From a virus (Duplodnaviria; Caudoviricetes), in the IMG/VR virus record IMGVR_UViG_3300037484_000933, positions 1 to 26,313 of that record: DNA of 26,313 nucleotides; one strand, 5' to 3'. Shown piece after piece: positions 1 to 8,475 of this stretch. Position numbers and translations under genes: made by a program. Every line of letters starts with the position of its first letter. Within the stretch, counting starts at the first letter, position 1. Under the pieces are notes generated by a model that did no database searches, was not told the origin of the DNA, and saw only the letters and a list, made by a program, of their open reading frames with translations.

Positions 1-19
1 CATTCGTTAATTTGGCCAT
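1..19 (-). CDS. 5' end of a gene running off the left edge (MAKLTN...)
   Basis: ATG at 19 preceded by a GGAG SD, just after the stop of 31..1305. Confidence 0.55.
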
Positions 20-30
20 AATATTTCTCC

Positions 31-1305
31 TTATTCCTCTTTAGGCCACATCTCCAAAGCAATTAGTTCTTCTTTGGTGTGGGGGCGAATACGAATCACC
101 GTATCCAAATCTGGCCACCAGGGGGTGATTATATCCTGATAGTAAATTCCTTCTATAATTGGAGATACAAACGGTCTTGCACCAAGGTTATATAAATTTT
201 CAAACATAGTTTCGGTATCGTATGCGCTATTTTCCAAAGCATCCTTTAATTTAGAAGTATAAACTCCACCAAAAAGGTTATTATCATACGCTTCATCGGT
301 TCCGGCATTATAATGAGTTTGCACCCATTCAGTTTCTATCCAAGTTGGAATATCACTCCAATCTGGTGGCCAAGGGGGGGACCCCCAAAAAGTACCGCCA
401 CTAACAACCAGAGCTTCATAACTTGGAGGGGTTGGATTGTGTTCGCTTAATTGCCATGCATCAAAATCACTCAACACTCCCCACATAGTTACAATTATTC
501 CATCTGTACTTTCTTCATAGGTATTTAGGGCATAATAAAAAGCATATAAGATTGCACCCACTGGGATAACAATCAAATAAATATCAAAAGTATTTTTTTT
601 AACAATTTTCCATAAAGTTCCCCAGACTAAAGGTGTATCAACACCAGTTATAATTAAACTATCCTGAATTAAACCAGTTAAATAATAATAGCTATCATCC
701 CGAATACATGTTGCCACTTTTATCGGTTCACACTCATGTTCTAATTTTAATAGAACCCCATCAGGACCAGTTTCACCATCCCCATATTCAGATATATTGC
801 TTGAATCTTGCATTTCATAGTATTCAGTCCCATCGTGCTCTGTATCTATCCGTATTACGTTTTCCCCGATCCTCGGAACCCCATCGGCAAAGGCCACCAC
901 GGCGACAGGCTTTAGCTCATCGCCGTCGGCAGATGCTTGAAGCAAGACCGCAACTTCATCGCCTCCCCGAAAACTCATCCAGCTTTTTTCGTGGTATTTA
1001 TCCTCCTCGTTAAAGTCTGTGGCGCTATGCGGCGAAGGCGGATCGCCTGGGTCGTCCCAATACTGCGCCTTCGGATGAAAAAAGATGGGGATGAAGTCGG
1101 ATTCCTCCATCCCCTCAATCTGAACTTTCACCCGGGATTTCACCTGAATCGGATCATCCTGGATTTTATCGAAATCCGTAATGACCCCCTTAGCATAGAC
1201 ACTTCGCAGAACGTCACCGAAGTCCGGGTGATCTGCGCGCATAGACTTAGCCCCCGACTGATCCTCGCCGGCTTTCGGGTACTTCTGGAAGTAGGTTATT
1301 GCCAT
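31..1305 (-). CDS. Putative virion/tail protein with GC-rich N-terminal domain (possibly OB-fold) and AT-rich variable C-terminal domain
   Basis: 424-aa ORF packed against the upstream stop within the tail cluster. RVKV...P...GDEVAV resembles spike OB-fold patterns. Sharp GC drop near 860. Confidence 0.6.
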   Translation of the reverse strand: MAITYFQKYPKAGEDQSGAKSMRADHPDFGDVLRSVYAKGVITDFDKIQDDPIQVKSRVKVQIEGMEESDFIPIFFHPKAQYWDDPGDPPSPHSATDFNEEDKYHEKSWMSFRGGDEVAVLLQASADGDELKPVAVVAFADGVPRIGENVIRIDTEHDGTEYYEMQDSSNISEYGDGETGPDGVLLKLEHECEPIKVATCIRDDSYYYLTGLIQDSLIITGVDTPLVWGTLWKIVKKNTFDIYLIVIPVGAILYAFYYALNTYEESTDGIIVTMWGVLSDFDAWQLSEHNPTPPSYEALVVSGGTFWGSPPWPPDWSDIPTWIETEWVQTHYNAGTDEAYDNNLFGGVYTSKLKDALENSAYDTETMFENLYNLGARPFVSPIIEGIYYQDIITPWWPDLDTVIRIRPHTKEELIALEMWPKEE

Positions 1306-1306
1306 G

Positions 1307-2272
1307 TTAACCTGTGCTCATCGTAAGCGTGGGAGTTACCGCGATTTTTTGCCCAAGTTGGGTGATTGCTATGGGCGTAGTAAGCGCCTCCACATAAACC
1401 AACTTCTTCTCGCTGTCCCCGGCCAGGGTGGCCACAACAACCGCGGGGCCAGCCGTATGGAGGGACGCCACCGCCACGGTCAAGGCATTGTCGCCGGCCC
1501 CGTCAATCGCCACGGTGGCCTGGGTAGCGACGGTGTAGTCCTTCCCGCCGGTCAGCAATTCGACTGCTGTAACTACCCCGCCGCTAACGGCCGTCACCCG
1601 GCCCACACCGCCCGTCCCGGTCCCAATGGCGAACCGATCACCCACGGCATACCCGGTGCCGCCAACAACCGGCGCGGCGGTCAGCACCTTGATCTCGGAG
1701 GTCGCGGTTTCCCTGGACACCCCCACCAAGCTGGCCCCAGCCACAAAGGTCCCGACCTGTCGCTTGAGGTAAAGATACCCGGCCGCATCGCCGGCGGCCC
1801 AGGACCCGGAGGTCAGATTGACTCCGGCGACTTCCGCACAGACGGCCCCCTGCCGGATCACATCGCCCACCTTGATCGGCTGTAGGCCAACGGTGAATGG
1901 CAGGCGTATGGTATACCCAAATTGCCCATAAACCGTAGGCGCCAAGGCTACATCGGGGGCCAGGAAGGTCCACTCCAGGGAGGCCAACGCCGGAGCAACC
2001 GTGGTCCCATAGACGGCACTGGCTTTACCAGCGGAGTTCACCAGGATGGTCCACCAGTCAGCCGCCGCAGCCCCTTCCTTGACGTTGTTGGTCAGGACCT
2101 TGGGGGCGTACCCATAGGTGGCGCCGGTGGTCAACTCTTCCAGGGTAGAGAAGATGGTATTGCCATCGGGCACGATTTGGTTTTTGTAGAGACCGACTAC
2201 AATGGCCTGCTGAAGCAGAATCGCCTTCAGGGCTTCTTTTTCTGACTCGTTGGGGACGTAAACTGCACACAT
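1307..2272 (-). CDS. Virion structural/tail-associated protein (Gly/Thr/Ala/Val-rich)
   Basis: Start reassigned to ATG 2272 after an AAGGAG SD. GGTGYAVGD and GGKDYT motifs are typical of phage structural beta-domains. Confidence 0.65.
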   Translation of the reverse strand: MCAVYVPNESEKEALKAILLQQAIVVGLYKNQIVPDGNTIFSTLEELTTGATYGYAPKVLTNNVKEGAAAADWWTILVNSAGKASAVYGTTVAPALASLEWTFLAPDVALAPTVYGQFGYTIRLPFTVGLQPIKVGDVIRQGAVCAEVAGVNLTSGSWAAGDAAGYLYLKRQVGTFVAGASLVGVSRETATSEIKVLTAAPVVGGTGYAVGDRFAIGTGTGGVGRVTAVSGGVVTAVELLTGGKDYTVATQATVAIDGAGDNALTVAVASLHTAGPAVVVATLAGDSEKKLVYVEALTTPIAITQLGQKIAVTPTLTMSTG

Positions 2273-2297
2273 AGCATTTCTCCTTATCAAAAAGTCT

Positions 2298-2783
2298 TTA
2301 TTCTTCAGCCTCAATCAGGCGGTAAAGCACTTCGCATTGGCCCACGGTCGCGTCCCCGGGTACATCCTCCGGCGCAATCTGGTGGACCTCCACGGTGATG
2401 GTTTCCTTCATGGCCGCATGGTAATCTTCAATCTGCCGCTTCCTATCTTCAATCGCCCCGGCGAACTCTTCCTGTAGTGGCGACATCTCCGCATCAAACG
2501 CCCCTCGGTTCTCCCCGAACACGAACTCGTTGCCCGAGACCACGGGGTTGCCCTGGCCGTCCTTCTGGGCGTATTTGCGACAAAGTTCCATGCGCTTCTC
2601 TTCATACTTTTGGAAGGCGGCGTCCGGCTTCAGAGCCTCGTCCAGGGCCTCAATCTCAGGTTTCAGTTTGGCCTTCGTCCGGGCCACAGCGTAACCCAAC
2701 TTGAAGCCTTTCAGGTTGGACAGAGCCGGGAGGCCGTGCCAGAGTTCCAGGAGTTCCTGCCGGGTGATGGTGATTGAACTCAT
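2298..2783 (-). CDS. DUF1617-like helical protein, typically downstream of tail fibre genes
   Basis: Pattern KLGYAVAR..KLKPEIE...RMELCRKYAQKDGQGNPV; GAGGGG SD. Confidence 0.6.
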   Translation of the reverse strand: MSSITITRQELLELWHGLPALSNLKGFKLGYAVARTKAKLKPEIEALDEALKPDAAFQKYEEKRMELCRKYAQKDGQGNPVVSGNEFVFGENRGAFDAEMSPLQEEFAGAIEDRKRQIEDYHAAMKETITVEVHQIAPEDVPGDATVGQCEVLYRLIEAEE

Positions 2784-2795
2784 AAAATCCCCTCT

Positions 2796-3035
2796 TTATT
2801 TGGTTGAGGCCAAGAATGCCTGTAGCGTAGCTATTTCCGCTTGCCTCTTGACAATTTCGGCATCAATGTCTTTGGGAGTTATGGCCTTGACCACCTCATC
2901 TCCCAACCTCTCGCCGGTACTGGAATCGTAATTCTTGCGAAAAATGACGATTGTGCCATCATCTGAGGTGACAAGTTGGGTTTGGTTGACTTCTCTGGCC
3001 TGGTCTTCTTGGTATGCCTTGATTGCTTCTATCAT
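2796..3035 (-). CDS. Small hypothetical protein, possible fibre assembly chaperone
   Basis: ATG 3035 with AAAGGAG SD, directly downstream of the fibre gene; C-terminal amphipathic helix. Confidence 0.6.
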   Translation of the reverse strand: MIEAIKAYQEDQAREVNQTQLVTSDDGTIVIFRKNYDSSTGERLGDEVVKAITPKDIDAEIVKRQAEIATLQAFLASTK

Positions 3036-3048
3036 TGTTATGTCTCCT

Positions 3049-4572
3049 TTAGTCAGCATCTATTAACAATCCATACGCCGTCAACTTTGTTTCCATTTCG
3101 TTCTGTCTGGTTTGCAGATTGGCAATTACAGCTAAGACCGAGTTACCCTCATCTTTAGTGGCAAACCCAAACCCAGTACTTTCCACTAAATCCTGCAACG
3201 CATAATCCGGCGTTCCTGGCGCAGTATGCGTAATTGATGTCAATTCATCCGTTAATTCTGTTGCCCTCGCCACTGGCGTAACATTGAAAAATCCGAGTTT
3301 ATTACCCAGCACCTTAATCATGTCTTGCAGTGAGTTATTGCCCGTCCCTGGCGCACCAGCCACGCAGCCCCGGATGGTTACGCCACATTCAGCCGAGCCG
3401 GTTGATAATCCAGGGGCCAGAATAAGTTGGCCACCAGCTTTATCGGTAGCAGCAACGGTAGCACCACCTGCTTGTACTGTGAGAGAGTTGCCTGCGGTGT
3501 TAGCAGTCGTATGCCGCTCCATCCAGAAGATTCTTGCTGCATCTCCTCCCAACGAAAGCAGGTTTGTCGGAGCCGTCGTGCCGATGCCGACGTTGCCGTC
3601 TGTTATATATGTGCCATTAGCCCTAATTCTCAAGGGCATATACGTTGCTGCAGTGGCAGCGTCCCTGGATGCTGATTGCAAATAACCAATATCTCCCGTG
3701 TAAACCATCTCTAAACCCGCAGATGAAACTGGCCAACTTCCTAGTCCCAGTCCCGTACTACGGACTATTCCATTAACATCCAGCTTCGCCGTCGGATTCG
3801 CCGTTCCGATGCCGATGTTGCCGGTTGTTCTTAAAATATTAAAGTGCGCACTTGTGGCAAAGTTATCATCAGAAGCCGCAATGGTAAAAGTATCCGCACT
3901 ACTGTCGTGTCCGATTGTCCAAGTGTCTCCTCCACTATTCAGAAAATTGAGCTGAGCATCCGCGTCAGCGGATCGCTCCAGTCGCATGAGAGTTGCTTGG
4001 TTTTTTCTCACATGAAGCGGTTCATCTGGATTCGTCGTTCCGATGCCGACGTTGCCGGTTACTCCCTTTATATATATATGCCCTTCAGCACCACCAATTC
4101 CAATATCCCTATATTCCACTGAAGTTAAATCATAGGCATAAATTCTGTAATACCCATCAACACCAGTATGCCTAAATCTCAACACCTCATCATTATTCCG
4201 CAAATCAAGGTTTACTGCGTCCCCTGCAACGCCATTCACTTCCAACGGTGCCAGCGGATTCGTCGTCCCGATGCCAACGTTGCCGGCTTTGAAATAAATC
4301 CCCGTTACGGAAGAAGGCCCAACCCAAGACTCAGCCAACGTAGTCAGAGGATTAATAGCAGTGCAGGTAATACCTGCCAGGGTAGGGGTGCCACTCCAGG
4401 TCGGGGCAGCACCTACCCCCCCAGACACCAGGACTTGATTCACAGCCACGCCCGCCAGCTTGGAGAGGGCCGAAGTGGAGGACGCGTAAAGCAGGTCGCC
4501 CACCACATAGGGAGAAAGCAGGTTCGGCAGAACATCATCTTTGTAGGCTAATTGTTTCCAAGTTGCGGGCAT
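3049..4572 (-). CDS. Modular tail/head fibre protein with four GN(V/I)GIGTxxP repeats
   Basis: 507 aa; repeats start at residues 97, 173, 251 and 326; N-terminal GDLLYAS..QVL fibre motif. Confidence 0.8.
   Translation of the reverse strand: MPATWKQLAYKDDVLPNLLSPYVVGDLLYASSTSALSKLAGVAVNQVLVSGGVGAAPTWSGTPTLAGITCTAINPLTTLAESWVGPSSVTGIYFKAGNVGIGTTNPLAPLEVNGVAGDAVNLDLRNNDEVLRFRHTGVDGYYRIYAYDLTSVEYRDIGIGGAEGHIYIKGVTGNVGIGTTNPDEPLHVRKNQATLMRLERSADADAQLNFLNSGGDTWTIGHDSSADTFTIAASDDNFATSAHFNILRTTGNIGIGTANPTAKLDVNGIVRSTGLGLGSWPVSSAGLEMVYTGDIGYLQSASRDAATAATYMPLRIRANGTYITDGNVGIGTTAPTNLLSLGGDAARIFWMERHTTANTAGNSLTVQAGGATVAATDKAGGQLILAPGLSTGSAECGVTIRGCVAGAPGTGNNSLQDMIKVLGNKLGFFNVTPVARATELTDELTSITHTAPGTPDYALQDLVESTGFGFATKDEGNSVLAVIANLQTRQNEMETKLTAYGLLIDAD
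3568..4284 (-). repeat. Four 30-bp dispersed direct repeats, consensus GGCAACGTCGGCATCGGNACGACGAATCCG, at 4255-4284, 4027-4056, 3793-3822 and 3568-3597
   Basis: Read directly; spacing 228, 234 and 225 bp. Confidence 0.9.
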
Positions 4573-4824
4573 CTACTCCCCCAAATACTTTCTCTTAGCC
4601 TGATCAATGGTTTCGGCCACCAGCATCTCCAACACCAGGAGGACTTGGGGGAGAGGCAGCCGAGATTCCCCGATGAAAGCCACGAAGCGGTTATGAAGAT
4701 GCGCCATAGACTCATTCAGGTGATCTTCATAGACCGTCCGTAGGTGCGCCACGGCGGCTTCATGCTCCGCCACTGTGGGAGAACACGCCGGGCCCGGGTT
4801 TTGATCAACTTTTCTTTTGGCCAT
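4573..4824 (-). CDS. Hypothetical helical protein
   Basis: 83-aa ORF whose stop abuts the fibre gene start. Confidence 0.65.
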   Translation of the reverse strand: MAKRKVDQNPGPACSPTVAEHEAAVAHLRTVYEDHLNESMAHLHNRFVAFIGESRLPLPQVLLVLEMLVAETIDQAKRKYLGE

Positions 4825-4960
4825 TTTCTGCCGCCTTTCTCAGTTCCCGCTGTTCCCGAATGGTAAGACTCGCCTTGGCTTGAACAGAGCCCGCCGCAGG
4901 AGTCAACAGCCGCTCTAGTACCCGCTTGAGGACTTCCCGTTCCTCTTCAGTCAGGAACAT
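4805..4960 (-). CDS. Small hypothetical protein, 51 aa (MFLTEEEREVLKRVLERLL...), absent from ORF track
   Basis: Manually translated; fills the operon gap; GGTGGA upstream. Confidence 0.6.
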   Translation of the reverse strand: MFLTEEEREVLKRVLERLLTPAAGSVQAKASLTIREQRELRKAAENGQKKS

Positions 4961-4972
4961 AAGTCCACCAAC

Positions 4973-5491
4973 CTACGCAATCACGGTGCAGACGTAGCAC
5001 TCCAAGGTATCCACCTGGAAACAACCTTCACCGAGCGCCGGGGTCAGGGCGCCCCGGGTGGTGGCATTGGCCGTTTCCGGGAAGGCGACGGCACCTTCAT
5101 CCGTGCCCCATTCAGGCGCATTGGCAGCACCGACTTTAAGCACCTGCCCTTCAGTGCCAATCCCCAGCATACTGACGGTATTGGCGGCAGAGGCGTAAGG
5201 CAAATCGCCCACATTCGCGAAGTCCGTTTCCATGACGGCGCCGGCCGCGGCGACCCCGGCCGCATCGGTAACATCTGCCCCGTCTTCCACATTGATGATG
5301 GTGCGGACATTGGCGGCGGTCAGGTTGGCGATGTTGGCGGTGCTGAGTCGGCCTATAAACTCGTTCGCGGCCAGGACAACACCCACCGCCACATTGGCCT
5401 CGTTGGAAGCCAGCATGGTATGCGCCGCGGCGAAAAGGGTGAGCGCCGGAACCTCGTCAGCATAAGCAAGTTTTTTCCAGGTTGCAGGCAT
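4973..5491 (-). CDS. Short fibre-like virion protein, Ala-Asn rich
   Basis: Shares MPATWKxLAYxDxV and GDLxYAS...QVL motifs with 3049..4572; GGAGGA SD. Confidence 0.75.
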   Translation of the reverse strand: MPATWKKLAYADEVPALTLFAAAHTMLASNEANVAVGVVLAANEFIGRLSTANIANLTAANVRTIINVEDGADVTDAAGVAAAGAVMETDFANVGDLPYASAANTVSMLGIGTEGQVLKVGAANAPEWGTDEGAVAFPETANATTRGALTPALGEGCFQVDTLECYVCTVIA

Positions 5492-5502
5492 AATTCTTCC
5501 TC

Positions 5503-5829
5503 CTATGGTACAGCCACATAAAGGCTGTTATCTGCTATGTTGAATCCAACCATCCCGTCCACCGGCGCTCCTGGAAGTGCCATGGGGACCAGCACGATCC
5601 CCCGAAACTCAAGGGGCTCGGCCTTACTCTCCCACGATGAGGTGATAGCGTTCCACCGAATGATGTCCCCGGTGGCGGCCCCGTCCGGGAAGTCGACCGC
5701 CCCGGTCGGTCCCACCGGCCCCCGCCTTACCTCGACGACAACCACTTGCGGCTGGGGGACGATGGCGGCGATTTCTCCCGAGGCTTCAGCCAGGATCACC
5801 TTAGATTGAGGGGCAGTAATCTCGGTCAT
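5503..5829 (-). CDS. Short fibre/adaptor protein with brief collagen-like GPVGPTG
   Basis: ATGA overlap with the upstream gene; GDIIRWNAITSSWE fibre-type motif. Confidence 0.7.
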   Translation of the reverse strand: MTEITAPQSKVILAEASGEIAAIVPQPQVVVVEVRRGPVGPTGAVDFPDGAATGDIIRWNAITSSWESKAEPLEFRGIVLVPMALPGAPVDGMVGFNIADNSLYVAVP

Positions 5830-6188
5830 CCCATCTCCATGCCGCCGACCGCATCATCCCGGGTCACGGTCCCCAATATCTTCACCTGGCCTTCAAGGTA
5901 ATTCTGCCGCGAGTTGTGGGGATCGGTCAGCACCAGGTCCCAAGCCATATCGCCAACCGGGAGCAGGATCGTCTGCGTGTCGGTCAAACTGATGACGATG
6001 CTGCCGATAAGCGGGTCAACCGTGACCTGGAAAGCGACGATCAGGGTGGCCGCGTCCTTGTTCTCCCGGATTTCAGCCTTGCCGGTGTACCCCGTCAGGT
6101 CCATGGCCACGCCCAGGTTCTTAAAGTAGAAGGTCTGAGAGAAGTCCCGGTCCCGGTAGATGGTCAGGTCGTGGGTTGCGGGTTCCAT
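5826..6188 (-). CDS. Ig-like/BppU-like fibre-attachment beta-sandwich protein
   Basis: Common phage pattern DLTIYR..DF...DLTGYT.KAEIR...WDLVLTD...YLEG.V....VTR. Confidence 0.7.
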   Translation of the reverse strand: MEPATHDLTIYRDRDFSQTFYFKNLGVAMDLTGYTGKAEIRENKDAATLIVAFQVTVDPLIGSIVISLTDTQTILLPVGDMAWDLVLTDPHNSRQNYLEGQVKILGTVTRDDAVGGMEMG

Positions 6189-7444
6189 TATATAATCGCC
6201 CCCAATTCAATAATCTCGCTCAACTTGGGATCGCCCCCGTTGCTCTGGTTCCCCGACATGGCCGTGATGATCTGAGGCACCCCGTCCTTCACTCGGAAGA
6301 ATCCAGCCCCCCGGGAGCGCACGGACATCCGGAGGCGGCTCTCGGTGAGATGCACCAGGTGCCCCGTCTGGGTTCCGATGACGTACCCATGGGCGCCAAT
6401 CCAAACCGGGGACGGAAGCTGCGAGAGTCGTCTTGACATCTCGTACCCTCCCCCTACCACCGCTCCCGGCATTTCGGCATAAACCAGTGTGCCGGGCACA
6501 GCCCCGTCCCCGATTCTTTTTAAGACCATCTTGGCCGGATCAGTTCCATCCAGAAACCAGGTGGAACCCCGGGAATTGACGAAAAGCCCGTCAGTCACCG
6601 GGGCCACCATGGAAATTTCTTCCTGAAAAGGCTTATAGTTCGGGATCCGAAACCAGTCGTACATGAAGGGGTCGGAGTAAATCAGGTTCTTCCCCTTGCA
6701 GCCCCACATCCGCCCGAAAGCATGGGCGAAGTGACTCAGCCCCGACGGTGGCGCCACAGCGAAGGTGGGCAGCGGCGTGATCTTGGGGGCCTGGCCGGTG
6801 ACTACCCCGTCCTCCACGGTTGCCAGGAACAGGTCGGTCCCGTTGGGGTGCGTGATCCAGCATTGGCCGCCAGCCGGGAGGTTATCCAGCCGAATGCCCT
6901 GAGTCCCGCCTTCCCATGTCAGCCTGCACAGGGGGCCGTTACCACTGAGACGGCCCCCTCCTGCGACGTCGGCGGCGGTGTAGCATAGGGTGTAAGTCCC
7001 CGGGGACATATCCCCAGCCACGGGTGTTACTACCGGGACGGCGGGCAGGGAAAGCCCCCAGGTCCTTATTTCGTCATTCAGGAGATCGTAAATGGCCTGC
7101 CAGGTCGGCGTGGCCATATAGATCAGGTTGTCGAGTTCCTGGTAGCAGACGGGGGCTTGAGGACCGGACACGGTGCCAATGGACACCGATGCATCGCCAT
7201 CAACCCGGTAGAGGATTCCGGCTGCAACGACCAGCATGACACTTCCAGCCCAGAGAGAGTGCGCCCCTGGCAAAGCGATCTTGAGGGCATAACCTTTTCG
7301 TCTAACAAGTTTGCCTCCATCCGTAACCTCCACATTCAGGGCGATCCGCGGCGTGATCCGCTTGGCATCGTCCAAGAGAATCCCCGGGGCCTGCTCCAGG
7401 TTGTTCATGCCACGGAATCCGAGGGCGGTTATCGGTCGAGACAT
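6188..7444 (-). CDS. Tail stabilisation/nozzle-like beta-propeller protein (podovirus-like)
   Basis: N-terminal F.GMNN and NV.....G.L.RR.GY motifs plus LIYSDP; position after the head-tail adaptor. Confidence 0.65.
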   Translation of the reverse strand: MSRPITALGFRGMNNLEQAPGILLDDAKRITPRIALNVEVTDGGKLVRRKGYALKIALPGAHSLWAGSVMLVVAAGILYRVDGDASVSIGTVSGPQAPVCYQELDNLIYMATPTWQAIYDLLNDEIRTWGLSLPAVPVVTPVAGDMSPGTYTLCYTAADVAGGGRLSGNGPLCRLTWEGGTQGIRLDNLPAGGQCWITHPNGTDLFLATVEDGVVTGQAPKITPLPTFAVAPPSGLSHFAHAFGRMWGCKGKNLIYSDPFMYDWFRIPNYKPFQEEISMVAPVTDGLFVNSRGSTWFLDGTDPAKMVLKRIGDGAVPGTLVYAEMPGAVVGGGYEMSRRLSQLPSPVWIGAHGYVIGTQTGHLVHLTESRLRMSVRSRGAGFFRVKDGVPQIITAMSGNQSNGGDPKLSEIIELGAII

Positions 7445-7451
7445 TTGGTCC

Positions 7452-7616
7452 TCACAGCCTTATGCCGATAGCACATAGCGGACACAGGTCAGCCGATTCT
7501 CCAGCCACCCGCACCCGCCAATTTGGATCGAAGATATACAGACACGAAGCCCCGGGGAGATTGTTCATCCCCTTGAAGCCGTAAGCAGTGACAGGTGTAA
7601 CAGAATTTTTTGCCAT
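7452..7616 (-). CDS. 54-aa ORF whose N-terminus duplicates that of the downstream nozzle-like gene (possible remnant)
   Basis: Manually translated MAKNSVTPVTAYGFKGMNNLPG..., compared with RPITALGFRGMNNL. Confidence 0.55.
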   Translation of the reverse strand: MAKNSVTPVTAYGFKGMNNLPGASCLYIFDPNWRVRVAGESADLCPLCAIGIRL

Positions 7617-7623
7617 GCTTCAC

Positions 7624-8283
7624 CTACATGATCGGGTCGCGCCCACCGTGGCGCCGGGGCGGTTTCTCTCTGGCCAGATAGTTGATCATCCCAATGTCGC
7701 CATAGGGTTCCCCATAGAGCCCCTTTTGGTATTCCCTTTGCCAAAACATGAGACTCTGATGGGGGGCATCAATCACCAGGTCCTGCAGGACCCGAAAGTT
7801 TTTAATCACCACCTTCGGAATGATCACCCGAGAATGGTAGGCCGTGGGGATACAGGTGGGAATGTCGCCAAGACCATCCAGGGTCGTCGGCAACTTATAA
7901 AACCATAGCTTGATACTTTCATCCGCCATGGGGTAGATTCCGATCTTCTGGTCCCGCACCGCCACATGGGTCACATGGTCCCCAGTATCGTCATGGTCCA
8001 GATCCCGCTCGTCCAGTAAATTCAGATCCTGCAAGATGTGGATCGGGGTATACTCGCTGTCTGCGGCCCGGAACAACTGCTTTTGATAGGTGGCCGGAAT
8101 GTTAAAAAGCCAGGTGGAGGTAGTGACAAGTAGAAGTGCCGGCTCATTCAGCCGAAGGGAAGGAAGGGAGAAGTCCGCGGCAATCTCCAAGATTGCCTCG
8201 TTGATCCAGCGTTTATAATACTGTTCCAGGCTGGAATCACTAACGAGAATCCCAATTTCTTCCTTGAGTTCAGCCAAAGTCAT
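7624..8283 (-). CDS. Head-tail adaptor/connector protein
   Basis: MTLAELK...RWINEA..EIA, IGIYP and IP..YH motifs typical of podovirus adaptors; synteny. Confidence 0.7.
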   Translation of the reverse strand: MTLAELKEEIGILVSDSSLEQYYKRWINEAILEIAADFSLPSLRLNEPALLLVTTSTWLFNIPATYQKQLFRAADSEYTPIHILQDLNLLDERDLDHDDTGDHVTHVAVRDQKIGIYPMADESIKLWFYKLPTTLDGLGDIPTCIPTAYHSRVIIPKVVIKNFRVLQDLVIDAPHQSLMFWQREYQKGLYGEPYGDIGMINYLAREKPPRRHGGRDPIM

Positions 8284-8310
8284 CGCCGCTTCCCCTTAAA
8301 GATTTCCACT

Positions 8311-8472
8311 TCATTGAGGTTCTGGCCCTTTCCATGCCGGCCTCTGATTCATATCCGCCCCGCACCGAGGACAGATATTGTGCGGATCCTTATAAGCTAC
8401 CGGATCCGGCCGGTACACCAGGCGGCACCGTGGATTCGGACAAATTCGGACCCCGTAATCAGTTTCAGTCAT
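8311..8472 (-). CDS. 53-aa zinc-ribbon protein (CPNPRC...CPRC), absent from ORF track
   Basis: Manually translated MTETDYGVRICPNPRCRLVYRPDPVAYKDPHNICPRCGADM...; starts just after the upstream stop. Confidence 0.7.
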   Translation of the reverse strand: MTETDYGVRICPNPRCRLVYRPDPVAYKDPHNICPRCGADMNQRPAWKGPEPQ

Positions 8473-8475
8473 GCC

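Noticed and set aside
3568-4284. 30-bp repeats as a CRISPR array
   Set aside because: Spacers are ~200 bp, everything is in frame within a CDS, repeats are not identical and there are no cas genes
31-5829. Diversity-generating retroelement targeting the fibre genes
   Set aside because: No reverse transcriptase and no TR/VR pair differing at adenines seen in the window
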